DNA from: Octopus sinensis
Lineage: Eukaryota
DNA length: 64,000 nt
NCBI RefSeq assembly: GCF_006345805.1
Contig: NW_021832983.1
Coordinates: forward strand, 8,989 to 72,988
Reading direction: 5' to 3'
Positions 1 through 11,090 of this stretch are shown piece after piece. The first letter of the stretch is position 1. Each line of letters opens with the position of its first letter. A program made the position numbers and the translations under genes. The notes under the pieces are model-generated. The model saw only the letters and a program-made list of their open reading frames with translations, was not told where the DNA came from and searched no databases.

Positions 1-285
1 TGGCCTAGTGGTTAGGGCAGCGGACTCGCGGTCGCAGGATCGCGGTTTCGATTCCCATACCGGGCGTTGTGTGTGTTTATTGAGCGAGAACGCCTAAAAG
101 CTCCGCGAGGCTCCGGCAGGGGGTGGTGATCCCTGCTGTACTATTTCACCACTCTTCCTTCTGTTGGCCTGCTCGCTTAGCCAGCGGAGTGGCGTCATTC
201 GAAGGCTAAAACAATGCGAACGCATTGTGACCAGCGATGTTTAACAACATCTGATGGTCTGGTCGGTCACGTGATCACGTGATAT
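1..285 (+). mobile_element. tRNA-derived SINE, family C, tail variant 1; 5' end cut by the window edge
   Basis: A-box/B-box-like head (tggcctagtggttagggcagcggactcgcggtc...ggtttcgattccc) is shared with copies at 25909, 47279-47657 and 62995. It ends in a (TA)n tract. Confidence 0.85.
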
Positions 286-299
286 ATAATATATATATG

Positions 300-490
300 G
301 TAGATCGCTGGCTACTAAATCTTTATTATTCTCTCTCCCTGTTTATTTCTGTGTTCCTTTCCGTCGAAGAGCGTAGGCTCGAAATGTAGAAGACCTTCTC
401 AATTCCCAAGCATTACGTAATACATCTGTTTGTTGTTTACACACCCGTCTTCATCTTTTGCTTTTTCTTTTTCGTAAATTCTCACTATAT
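300..490 (+). mobile_element. PLE-type terminal-repeat (pLTR) fragment with a degenerate hammerhead motif at 357-392
   Basis: cttt-CCGTCGA-a-GAGC-gtag-GCTC-GAA-ATGT-A-gaag. The element is homologous to 31457-31660 and is bounded by (TA)n on both sides. Confidence 0.6.
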
Positions 491-769
491 ATATATGTAT
501 AGAGTTCTACCATTTACACTTGGGGTAATCTTTCAAAAGTCTTCGTTTTGACGCCCTTAAAATACCGGAAATAATTCTGCAGTGAATTTTGCCGGTTAGG
601 GGACTTAGTTATTTAAATTTAAATTTAAAATAATAAGGGTGGAAAATTGAATATTAATTTGATTAATATCAATTTAAAACCAATGGTCAAGCATATTAAA
701 ATCTGAGGATTCAGTAAAATCATATTACATACGTATAAGAGAGATGACCACTACGTGGACATCAGTATG

Positions 770-1026
770 CGGGAACTCAGAACGTAAGGACATAGGAATT
801 ACCTATTTCTTTACTATTCACAAGGGGCTAAATCCCGAAAGGACAAACAAACGGATTAAGTCGATTATATCGACCACAGTGCGTGACTGGTACTTAATTT
901 ATCGACCCCGAAAGGATGAAAGGCAAAGTCGACCTCGGCGGAATTTGAACTCAGAACGTAGCGGCAGACGAAATACTGCTACGCATTTCGCCCGGCGTGC
1001 TAACGTTTCTGCCAGGTCGCCGCTTT
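770..1026 (-). mobile_element. SINE family A (A1 tail) plus the start of a second tandem unit
   Basis: Matches the many in-window copies (head ggcggcgagctggcagaaacgttagcacgccggg; core gtcgactttgcctttcatcctttcggggtcgat). Confidence 0.9.
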
Positions 1027-1085
1027 AATAAAAATAAAGATAATGATAATAATAATAATAGTATTATTATTATTATTATTATTAT

Positions 1086-1132
<47 letters not shown>

Positions 1133-1425
1133 TTGTGTTGTTGTGCCACCAACCACAAAAAATATAACAGTAAACAATAAAAATAAAATAATAAAAAAAC
1201 AGTAAAAGAGAATTGAAATAACCACAACAACATTAATGATAATACCACTGATAACAACAGAATCAATAATAATGGCGATGATGTTGATGATGATGTTGAT
1301 GATGATGATGATGATGATGATAATTATGATGAAGATTTTAATAATAATAATGATGACACTACTTCTACTACAACTACTATTCAGAATAATAATAATAATA
1401 ATAATAATAATTGTAATAAAATATA

Positions 1426-1474
<49 letters not shown>

Positions 1475-1637
1475 CATAATAATCATAATAATAATAATAT
1501 ATAATGATAATAATAAATAATAATAATAATGATAAGCATTAAATAGTTAATAATAATAATAATAATATAATAATAATAATATAATAATAATAATAATGAT
1601 AATAATAATAATAATAATAATGATGATAAGCATTAAA

Positions 1638-1668
<31 letters not shown>

Positions 1669-1682
1669 TCATAATCATCATC

Positions 1683-1730
<48 letters not shown>

Positions 1731-1738
1731 TAATGATG

Positions 1739-1808
<70 letters not shown>

Positions 1809-1819
1809 TAAGCATTAAA

Positions 1820-1874
<55 letters not shown>

Positions 1875-1900
1875 GGATAAGGATAAGGTTAAGGATAATG
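1027..1900. repeat. Compound trinucleotide microsatellite field (AAT/ATT/AGT/GAT)n
   Basis: Read directly from the sequence. It accounts for the poly-I/T/N ORFs at 1000-1926. Confidence 0.97.
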
Positions 1901-2590
1901 GTCGAGAAACCCCTATGATTTGGCAAACTTATATAATTTGTTCTCTTACTCCCAATATTAATACCGATTCCATTTTCGAAATATGGCTTTGCTGATTCTT
2001 TGAAGTGATATTTTGGCGCAATTTTCTTTTTATTTGTGTGTTTTTCTTTCTTATCACACGCACATCAAACCCCAAACCACTACCTTAATCTTTCACTAGT
2101 GCGGCCCTCTTGCGAACTTAGAGCTGACCAATAACTGATTCTTGCTTAATATACAAATTATGTCAAATGCCGAAAGGAGGAGAACATTTAATATATCTCA
2201 TAAAATATCTATATCTATATCTACACGTCACACACACAAACAAACAAAACGCACATTCACACACACACACAAACGCGCAAACACGACCACAAACTCACAC
2301 GCATGCACGCACGCACACAATACACCCTCATATATTTATATTTGTGTGTGTGTGTGTGTATGTACACAATTAAAAGTTAGTGCGTTTGGGTATACATATA
2401 TCCATATTTATATAAATATAGATATAAATATACATATATATATATTAACAATTGAGGATAAAATCTTTAAAAGAAATTATCAGTAGTTAGCGTGAAAAAC
2501 CTCGTAAGAGAAAAAATCCTTAAATTTTTCCACTTTGAAAATATTTATTTATATTATATTGAGGGTACTATTATTCGTAGATACCACACG

Positions 2591-2654
2591 CTAAAGAGGG
2601 ACCAATGCGGTCAAGTTTATTTTAGTAGTTTTGACCGCATTGGTCCCTCTTTAG
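2591..2654. repeat. Perfect inverted repeat, 24-bp arms with a 16-nt spacer
   Basis: ctaaagagggaccaatgcggtcaa (2591-2614) and its exact reverse complement (2631-2654). Confidence 0.95.
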
Positions 2655-3050
2655 AATATATCTCTATATAATAATATATATAATATATATATATATTATA
2701 TCTATATATATATAATATATATATATATATTATAATTATATATTCATATACTTAATATACGCACGCAGGCACTAAACGCCCAAAATACAAATACACGACG
2801 CACACACACGCAGACATATGCAACACACGCAGCACGCACCACACACACACACAATCTATTTTGAACGGTTTTTAAACTGATTGGATGAAGCCATAATGAT
2901 AGCGTGTAACTATTTATATGCTATTTATTTATAGCTTTATCAGCTTTGAATGAACTGTTTCAAAAATGAATTATTTTAGGTTCTCTTGAAGTTTCTAAAT
3001 TTTTATAACATCATAATATATATATATAATATATATATATAATATTATAT

Positions 3051-3089
<39 letters not shown>

Positions 3090-3090
<1 letters not shown>

Positions 3091-3360
3091 TTTTTTAATC
3101 CAAACGGGAAAAACAAAAAAACAACAAAATGGAACATTACAGTATTATTATTAATAGGCGCTCAGGAATGGAAGCAGGAGGGTATGACGTTTCGAGCGGA
3201 GCTCTTCGTCGGAAACATAAAGAAGGAAGAGAGAAGAAAGAAAGATCCCCCAAGCGGGCAACAGGGAAAGAGAAAAAAAACGACTGGTGTTTACGAGTTA
3301 CACATGGTGAAAGGCGGAAGTTTACGAATAACAAGAGCAAAGTAGGTTTTTAAAGGCAAA
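3090..3360 (-). mobile_element. PLE-type pLTR with a minimal hammerhead-like motif at 3182-3217
   Basis: Minus strand reads tgttt-CCGACGA-a-GAGC-tcc-GCTC-GAA-ACGT-C-atacc after a pyrimidine-rich tract, and ends at (TA)n near 3090. Confidence 0.65.
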
Positions 3361-3389
3361 AGAGTGGAGACAAGGTTGGTAACGCAACA

Positions 3390-5995
3390 GATGTGTGTGT
3401 ATGTGTGAGTGTGTGCGTGTGCGTGTGTGTATGTGTGTGTGTGAGGCGAGATAAAAAAACAAAAAATATATATGTGTTAGTGTGTGCGTCTGTGTGTAGG
3501 CGTGTGAGGTAGGGCGAGACGTGGTCAGCATAGCAGACAAGGTCAGTAGTAAGAAAAAGAAGAAGGAGAAAGGGAGGGAGGGGAAGGGGTGGGGGCGTAT
3601 GTAGCGTGCCAGCGTGTGTTGAGTAGTAGTGTGTGTGTGTGTCCAGTGTCGTGGTGGTATTAATGGCGAGTAGATTGAATGTGTGTAAGAGTAATGTATA
3701 TATTTAAGCAATGTGTGTATATGTGTGCGCGTGTGTGTAACAAAAAAGGGGGGTTAAGGAAAAAGGACTCCAGCTGAGGGGAAGATGGAAGAGTGGTCCC
3801 GCGGAGACGGGCGTGGGAAAACCCAACGACAAGCGACGGTCCCAGGAACGGGCGGGAGGTCTCGTCGGGTCAAAGCGCGAGGTGCATGCGGCGCGTATGC
3901 GTGCGCGAACCGGCGCAAGCGCGTGTGTGCGCGCGCCTGCGAGTATGCGCGTAAGTATGTATGTGTGTGGATGTGTGAGTGTGTCTGTGTGTATGTCTGG
4001 GTGGCAGTGTGTCCGATGATATGTGAGTATGTGTGTTATATGTGTGTGCATAGATGTATGTCCGTGTGTGTGTGTGTGGTGTATGTGATGAGTGTGTATG
4101 TATGTACGTGTGGGTGTGGGGAAGTGTGTGTATGTGCATGTGTGTGCGCATACATACAGGTGTGTGAGTGAGTGTGTGTGTGTATGTATGTGTGAGTGTG
4201 TATGTATGTGTGAGTGTGTATGTATGTGTGTGTAGGATGCATGTATGTGTATGGGTGTATGTATGCGTGTGTGTATGTATGTGTGTGTATGCGTGTACGT
4301 GTGCACGTGTGCATGCATGCATGTGCGTATGTGTGTGTGTGTGCATGTGTGTGGGTATATATGTATGTGCGTATATGTGTGTGTATGTGCGTACATGTGT
4401 GTGTGTGTATGCACGTGTGTGTATAGGTGTATGTATGTAAGTATGTATGGGTGTGTCCGTGTATGTGTGTGTATGTATGTGTGTGTATGTAGGTGTGTAT
4501 GTAGGTGTGTGGGCGTGTGTATATAGGTGTATGTATGTATGTCTGGGTGTGTCCGTGCATGTTTGTGTGTGTGTGTGTATGCATGTGTATGTAGGTGTGT
4601 GTACTGTGTAATGTATGTGTGTATGCGTGTGTGTGCGTGTGTATGCGTGCGTGTGTATGTAGGTGCGTGTGTATGTGTGTGGGAGTGTAGGTGTGTGTGT
4701 GCGTGTGCGTGTTTATGTTGTGTGTGCGTATGTGAGTGTGAGTGTATGGGTGTTGTCATGCATGTGTGTGCGCGTGCAGGTGAGTGTGTGTGTAAGTATG
4801 TGTGTGTGTATGTTTGTGTGAGTGTGTATGTGTGTATGTCTGTGTGTATGTATGTGCGTATAGGAGTATGTAGGTATGTGTGTATGTGTATTGGTGTATG
4901 TATGTATGTGTGTGTGTGTGCATGTGTATAAGTATATGTGTGTGTGCGTATGTGTGTGTATGTGTATGTGTGTGTGTTTATGTATGTGTGTATGTATGTG
5001 TGTAGGCGTGTGTGTGTAGATGTATGTATGTATGGGTGTGTGTCTGTGTGTGTTTGTGTGTGTGTGTAGGTAGATGTGTGTGTCTGAGTGAGGGTATGGC
5101 TGTGTAGGTGTGTGTGTGTATGAATGTAAGTGTGTGTGTATACAAGTGTAATGTATGTATGTAGGTGTGTGTGTGTGTGTATGTGTACGTGTGCGTGTGT
5201 ATGTGTGTGTGTGTATGCGTGTGAGTGTGAGTGTATGGGTGTATGTCTGTGTGTGTGTATGTCTGAAGTAGGTATGTGTGTGTATGTATGTATGTGTGTG
5301 TGTGCGGGTATGTGTGTGTGTGTATGTGTGTGTGTGAGTAGGTGTGCGTGTATGTATGTGGGTAGGGATGCATGCGAGTGTGTGGGTATGTATGCATACA
5401 TACGCACGCGCACATCCGAAGCAAGCCCACACACACGAAGCGCGCTCACGCACACAACGCACAAGCAGTACAAACGCAAGCCCAAGGGCCGACCAAGCCC
5501 CCAGCGCGCGCCAAGGCGCGCGAGCGCAAAGGCCCTCGAAACCCCGCTACGCGGGAACCGAGGATCCATCAGCCAAACCGGAAAGCAGAAAAGGGGGCTG
5601 CCTGGATGCAAAAAAGTGTATGTGTGTGTGCATTCAGTGTAAGGGTGTGCATGTGTGGGTATGTATGTATGTGTGCCATGTATGTGTGTGTGTGTGTGGT
5701 ATGTACGTGCGTGTGTGTGTGTGAGTGTGTGTGTATGTATGTGCGTATGTATGTGTGTATGTATGTGTGTATGTATGTCTGTGTGTGTGTGTGTGTGTAA
5801 GTATGTATGTGTGTGTGTATGTATGTATGTGTGTGTGTATGTGCATGTTGGTTTGTATGTTAGTGTGTGCATGTATGTCTTATAAGTGTGTGTGATTAAA
5901 TGTGTGAATGTATGTACGTAGATGGGTCTACGTATGTGTGTGTGTGAACAGGTGTGTGGGAGGTAGGTGGGTGTGTGTGTGGTGTGTGTCCGAAA
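3390..5995. repeat. About 2.6 kb of degenerate (GT)n/(GTAT)n sequence with two GC-rich islands
   Basis: Read directly. It is the source of the 722-aa HT-rich ORF and its overlapping ORFs. Confidence 0.95.
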
Positions 5996-6007
5996 AAAAA
6001 ACGGATC

Positions 6008-8059
6008 TCAAGAGGAGGGGGCTGTGTTAAGTCCGTGTGGGGTGGTAGTTTGTAGGGTGAAGATGTAGCGTTGCTCCAAGTGGAGCCTGGAAAGTGGGCG
6101 ACCATGGTGGGGGGCGAGACCAAACACTGAGATGTCATCTAGGGAATGGCCGGCCGAGCGGAAGTGGCGTGCGACGGGAGAAAAAGAGTGTAGGCGAACG
6201 TCCCTCAAGTGTTCAGTGAAACGGTCGGACAACCGGCGTCCCGTCTGTCCTACATACAGCATCCCGCATAGGTTGCATTTAATGCAGTAAATAAGGCCAG
6301 ACGAGGTGCACGTAAAGAGTGCCTAATGCGTACAGTGTGCAGGTTGGAGCCGGTGACAGCGGTGGTGTTGGTGATGAAGGGGCAAGTGTTGCAGCGGGAT
6401 CTAGAGCAAGGGAATGATCCGTGTGGGGCTGAGGGGGAAGGAGAGAGGGTGCTGTGGACCAGGAGGTCACGCAGATTGCGGGCTCGTTTGAAAGAGGACA
6501 GGGGTGGGTTAGGGAAAATGGGGCGGGTGGTGGGATCAAGCTGGAGGCGACGGAAGGCACGTAGTATCTTGCGACGAAGGGGTAGGGTAGAGGGGTGGAA
6601 AAGGAGGGGGAAGGGGGTGCGGTTGGGGGGGGGGGGGGGGGGAAGGAGACAGGGCGGTAGTGCGGTCGATGCGACGGGCGCGGGTGAGGGCATCAGAGAG
6701 GAGTATGGGTGGGTAACCTCGGAGTCTGAACATGCGGGCCAGGTATTGAGATTGGGTCTCGAAATCCTGGTCGCGGCTGCACAAACGTCGGAGGCGGAGG
6801 AACTGGGAGTAGGGGATGGCTCGTTTGGTGTGGAAGGGGTGGGAGGAAGGAAGTTGAGATAGAGGTGGGAATCCGTAGGTTTAAAAAGGCGGTGGTGGTG
6901 AGAGAGTTGGAGGGGTGATCGATGCGGAGAGAGATGTCAAGGAAGTTGACAGAGGTGTTGGAGATGGTGGAGGTGAATTGAAGAGAGGGGTGAAAGTTGG
7001 AAAGGAAAGAGATGAATTGGCAGAGAAGTTCACGGGAAAGGGAGGTGGCACCTACGCAGTCGTCGATATAGCGACCGTATAGTTCGGGGTCGGCCCAGAG
7101 ACTGGGAGAACACTTGGGCCAATGTAGCCAAGAAAGAGATTGGCGAAATTGGGGCCCATCCTAGTTCCCATCGCGACCCCGGACACCTGTTGGTACGTTT
7201 CCCCGGCGAACGTGAAGCAATTGAGGGTGAGGACGAGCTCAGCCAAACGGAGAAGGGTGGGGGTGCTGGGGTGGGGTCGGGACGACGGTCGAGGAAGTGT
7301 TGGAGGGCTAGGAGACCGTCATTGTGGGGAATCACTGTGTACAGGGATTTTACATCTAAAGTGAAGAGGAGGTGTGAGGGGCTGGAAGGGAAGGAAAAGG
7401 AATTGAAGAGACGGAGGGCGTGGTTGGTGTCGTGTATGTGGGATGGGAGGGCTGCGACTAAGGGGGACAGGATGCGGTCGAGGTATAGGGAGATGAGTTC
7501 AGTGGGGCAATTACAGGCAGAGACGGCCAGGATTAGAGGGTTTATGGATCTTGGAAGGAAGTAGATGGTGGAGGTGCGGGGTGTGCGGACGATGATGTTG
7601 GTGGCGGTGAGGGGGGAGAGCGGAGGAGGAGATGAGGTCGTGGATGGTGGAGGACACTCGCTGTTGGTAGGAGGAGGTGGGATCGGAGGGGAGGAGGCGA
7701 TAGAAGAGGGGATTTTGAAGCTGGTTGAGCGCTTCCTCCCTGTATAGGTCCGCGCGCCACACTACCACTGCCCCGCCTTTGTCCGCCGGTTTGATGACAA
7801 TGTCATCACGACGGCGGAGGGGCGAAGGGCAATGGATTCGGCCCGAGTGAGGTTGGCTCGGCGGGGTCTTGGTTCAAAGTTGAAACGGTGGACCAAAGCG
7901 TTGCAGTCATGTACAAACGAATCTAGGCTACTGAAAAGGCCTGGGGGCGGCGTCCAGATGGATGGACGACGCCCCAGCTCCAAAAGGCAATCCTGATTGT
8001 TGTGGCGCTGCGGGGACGCGTGGTAGTATGCGCAAAGTTTGAGGCGGCGTAGGAACAGG
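6008..8059 (-). pseudogene. Penelope-like retroelement (Neptune-type) ORF: RT plus GIY-YIG endonuclease, 5'-truncated and frameshifted
   Basis: Conceptual translation across frames gives FLRRLKL, PSIWTPPPG, IVIKPADKGGAVVVW, PKIHKP, QQVSGVAMGTRMGPNFANLFLG, RYIDDCVG, RMFRLRGYP, CSRSRCNTCPFI, LYVGQTGRRLSDRFTEH and LQTTTPHGLN. Confidence 0.95.
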
Positions 8060-8327
8060 TTATATATATATATTTGACTTCATAAAAGTTGATACAATGG
8101 TCTCCAATATATAAGAGTAGGGAATTCTGTCCTTACTTGCAATCTTTATCATGTGCGATGCGTACTGAATAACCAGCTGGACGAGGCGTACTTCTGCGGC
8201 TAAATTGGCAGTATTATCTGTTCTTATGGAATACCCACATCTACGTGGTGATAAACATTACTTATATATGTGTGTGAGCGTGCGCGCGTGTATGTATGTA
8301 TGTATATATATATATATATATATATAT

Positions 8328-8590
8328 GAGAAGAAAATGGATATAATAACAATGGGAAACTCATGGTTTACGCTGGCATGTCTTTAATTATATAGATAAC
8401 AAAGAAGTAAGAAGCAGAGATGAGGGCGGCATTTACGATCGTTTCGATTTACTGAAGTAAATCTCTTCAGAATGCGAGTATAGATTGCTACCGTGCAAAC
8501 TTTCAAAAGACTGCACCTACCCAGCTAATAGCCAGGAGTGTGTCTGGATTTAATTATCCCTTAGAGGTATTAAACTCCTCTAACTTGATA
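8328..8590 (-). mobile_element. Short non-coding PLE-type element carrying an intact hammerhead ribozyme, set between (TA)n tracts
   Basis: Flanked by (TA)n at about 8300-8327 and 8591-8622. Contains the motif at 8429-8475. Confidence 0.7.
8429..8475 (-). ncRNA. Type I hammerhead ribozyme with canonical core
   Basis: GCAUU-CUGAAGA-GAUUUAC-UUCA-GUAAAUC-GAA-ACGAUCGU-A-AAUGC: 5-bp stem I, 7-bp stem II, palindromic stem III and a GUA cleavage triplet. Confidence 0.88.
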
Positions 8591-8621
<31 letters not shown>

Positions 8622-8623
<2 letters not shown>

Positions 8624-9165
8624 CTTATATAACTAGAAAGGTTTTGGCCATTATTGGCCAAGGCCATGTCTATCTTAATAGCACACTGGCGAAGTCTTTC
8701 AATTCAGGATTTGGGCACCAAGGCCCATTCGAGCAGAGAGTTATTGTTTGCGGAGACATATCCGGGTGTGGGTGGTTTGTCCGAGACTGTTTGAAGGAAT
8801 TTGTCCAAAGACTTCTGAATTTTGTGTGGTCAGTTTCTTTTTTGACGTGTCCTGGTGTAATGTTGAAGAGAGCGGGTCCAATTGAGGTGAAATAGTTGTG
8901 CCGTATTATCGTTATGTGATGCGATTTAGATTTTTGTTGTGGACGGATGGCACGTGGTCCAAGCTTTGGATGTATTTTGAAGGTGATGCCAACATCATTC
9001 GGACAGTGCTGATGGAATATTTTCCACATCATACGATAATGTAGCGTTCACGGCGTCGTTGGAGTGAATACAGTTTCAGCTTCTCTAGTCTGCCCCAGTA
9101 GTCAGGTCTCTGACATGCCATCTATCTTTTTTGTGATTGACCTTTGGGGAGTTTTGTGATTGACT
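8622..9165 (-). mobile_element. CR1-clade LINE 3' fragment (5'-truncated)
   Basis: Translation includes LEKLKLYSLQRRRERYII, GPALFNITP, SLDKFLQTVSDKPPTPGY and NNSLLEW, followed by a short 3' UTR. (TA)n lies on both sides. Confidence 0.85.
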
Positions 9166-9201
9166 TATATATATATATATATATATATAGATATATATAT
9201 A

Positions 9202-9243
<42 letters not shown>

Positions 9244-10556
9244 GTGATTTTTAATTCTTTTCATTTTAGATCATGGTCTATAACTAGAAGTTTTTTTGAA
9301 AACAGTACCTGCATAGAGTGAGAATAACCCAAACACACATCGGACGTGTCTCCGCCAGTGGATTCTGTTTTATTATAAAATGCAATCCACAGATTGGCAC
9401 AAAAGAACCTAATGATTGTTTCACTCTCTCACGAAGCGACGATTCGTGAAACTGCATTCCAGATGTGGATTGGAAATTAAGCGCTTTTAATATGAATTTA
9501 CAAAAATGATAATACTTCCCCTTTATAGACTAGCATATATGAATACCTTCTATTCGTGTTTACCACGTAATGATTACACACACACACACTCTCTCTCCTT
9601 CTCTCTCACTCTCTCGCTATCTATCTCTCTATCTATAATTTATGTATATGTCTGTGTGTGTATGTGAGTGCGCGTGTTTGTGTGCGAGTATGTATGTGTA
9701 TATATAATATAGTATATATGATGATATAATATCATACATAATATAATATAATATGATCTTATATTATGAGAGACAAGTCGTCCGCCGTATCTCTGTCTAT
9801 GGCAACATTTTTATAGAGAGAATGCAGAACGGAAGAAAAAGTTGTTTAGAGAGAAATACAGTGAGAGAGAGGGAGAGAGAGGGAGAGAGAGAGAGAGTGT
9901 GTGTGTGTGTGTATCTATGCTTGTGTATGTGTGTATGTGAGTGTGAAAAAAATAGATAAATAGGTAGAACTGAAAAGTTTTGTTTTAAATTACCGGAATT
10001 TTGAGTACAAGTCTGTCAACACAACGCGACAGAGACATCAAAAGAGGACTATAAATGTATATATAGTAAATATAGTTAACTTTGGGGTGTTGTTTTTGTG
10101 TGTGTGTATGTATGTATGTATGTAATCTAGTACAACTTGTAATATGGGCGGGTTGTCGGCGACTAAGCGGGAAATATTACTAACCTCAGAGGCAGAGGTA
10201 TCCAGATACGTCAACGGCCTTCTAATATAGTTAAGAATAAATGATACTCACCAGTTGTGGTGGTGAAAAACCCATCAAGAAGAAAGAAATCTCAGAAATA
10301 AAAACCTTTCAGCGAGGACTTGCAACCAGCTGATAATATTTTGCGCAGAAAAAAATTATTACATGAAAATGTAAGAGATTCGTTTACGAACGACTGATAA
10401 GAATAAAAAAATATACTGTAAGTATGTGTGTGCATACATGTGCGTGTGTGTATGTGTGTGTGTGTGTCTGTGTAAACACATATACATACATATACATTTG
10501 CAGGTATATGAATATAAGTTACACACACATGCACACACACACACACACACACACAC

Positions 10557-10600
<44 letters not shown>

Positions 10601-10715
10601 GGTCATTCTGAAACAAAAAGCAACAGCTTTGTTTACGGACGATTGATGATAAAATTTTGAAATATAGTGGTGTGTGTGTGTGTAAACACATATACATACA
10701 CACACACACATATAT

Positions 10716-10769
<54 letters not shown>

Positions 10770-11026
10770 ATATATACATATATTATTAAACATGAAGTTG
10801 TTGACAGTGACTTCGAGACTTCGTACAGATCAGATTAATCCGATTAATGTGAAATAGTTTTTATTATAACTGAACATAAAACAGACATTAATATAGATGT
10901 ATATTATGCTTACCCCCAGCAATAGAGAGCAGTCGCCATATTTCATTCCATAACGGTACCTCTGAAGAGCGCAGGGTTACATAATCGATCTCTTACCTAA
11001 CACTCCTTTAAACCTCAAGTGCAAAA

Positions 11027-11090
11027 CCGATTGGCCGTGATGGGTATAAGATCGGCCGTGATGAGTATAGGATCGGCCGTGATGGGTAAA
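11027..11090. repeat. Three copies of a 21-bp tandem repeat (gatcggccgtgatgggtatar-like)
   Basis: gattggccgtgatgggtataa / gatcggccgtgatgagtatag / gatcggccgtgatgggtaaat. Confidence 0.9.

Noticed and set aside
742-762. Small hairpin gatg-a-ccac-tac-gtgg-a-catc
   Set aside because: Short and imperfect, with no GAAA or other context. It is within chance expectation.
3704-5872. 722-aa ORF and overlapping ORFs
   Set aside because: Translation of a (CA)/(TG) microsatellite (HT/VC repeats). Stop codons are absent only because of the repeat composition.
10252-10393. Minus-strand segment with a good acceptor (ttattcttatcAG) and donor (GTGAGT)
   Set aside because: All three frames contain stops, and the acceptor side lies in a locally duplicated low-complexity unit. 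It could only be a non-coding exon.
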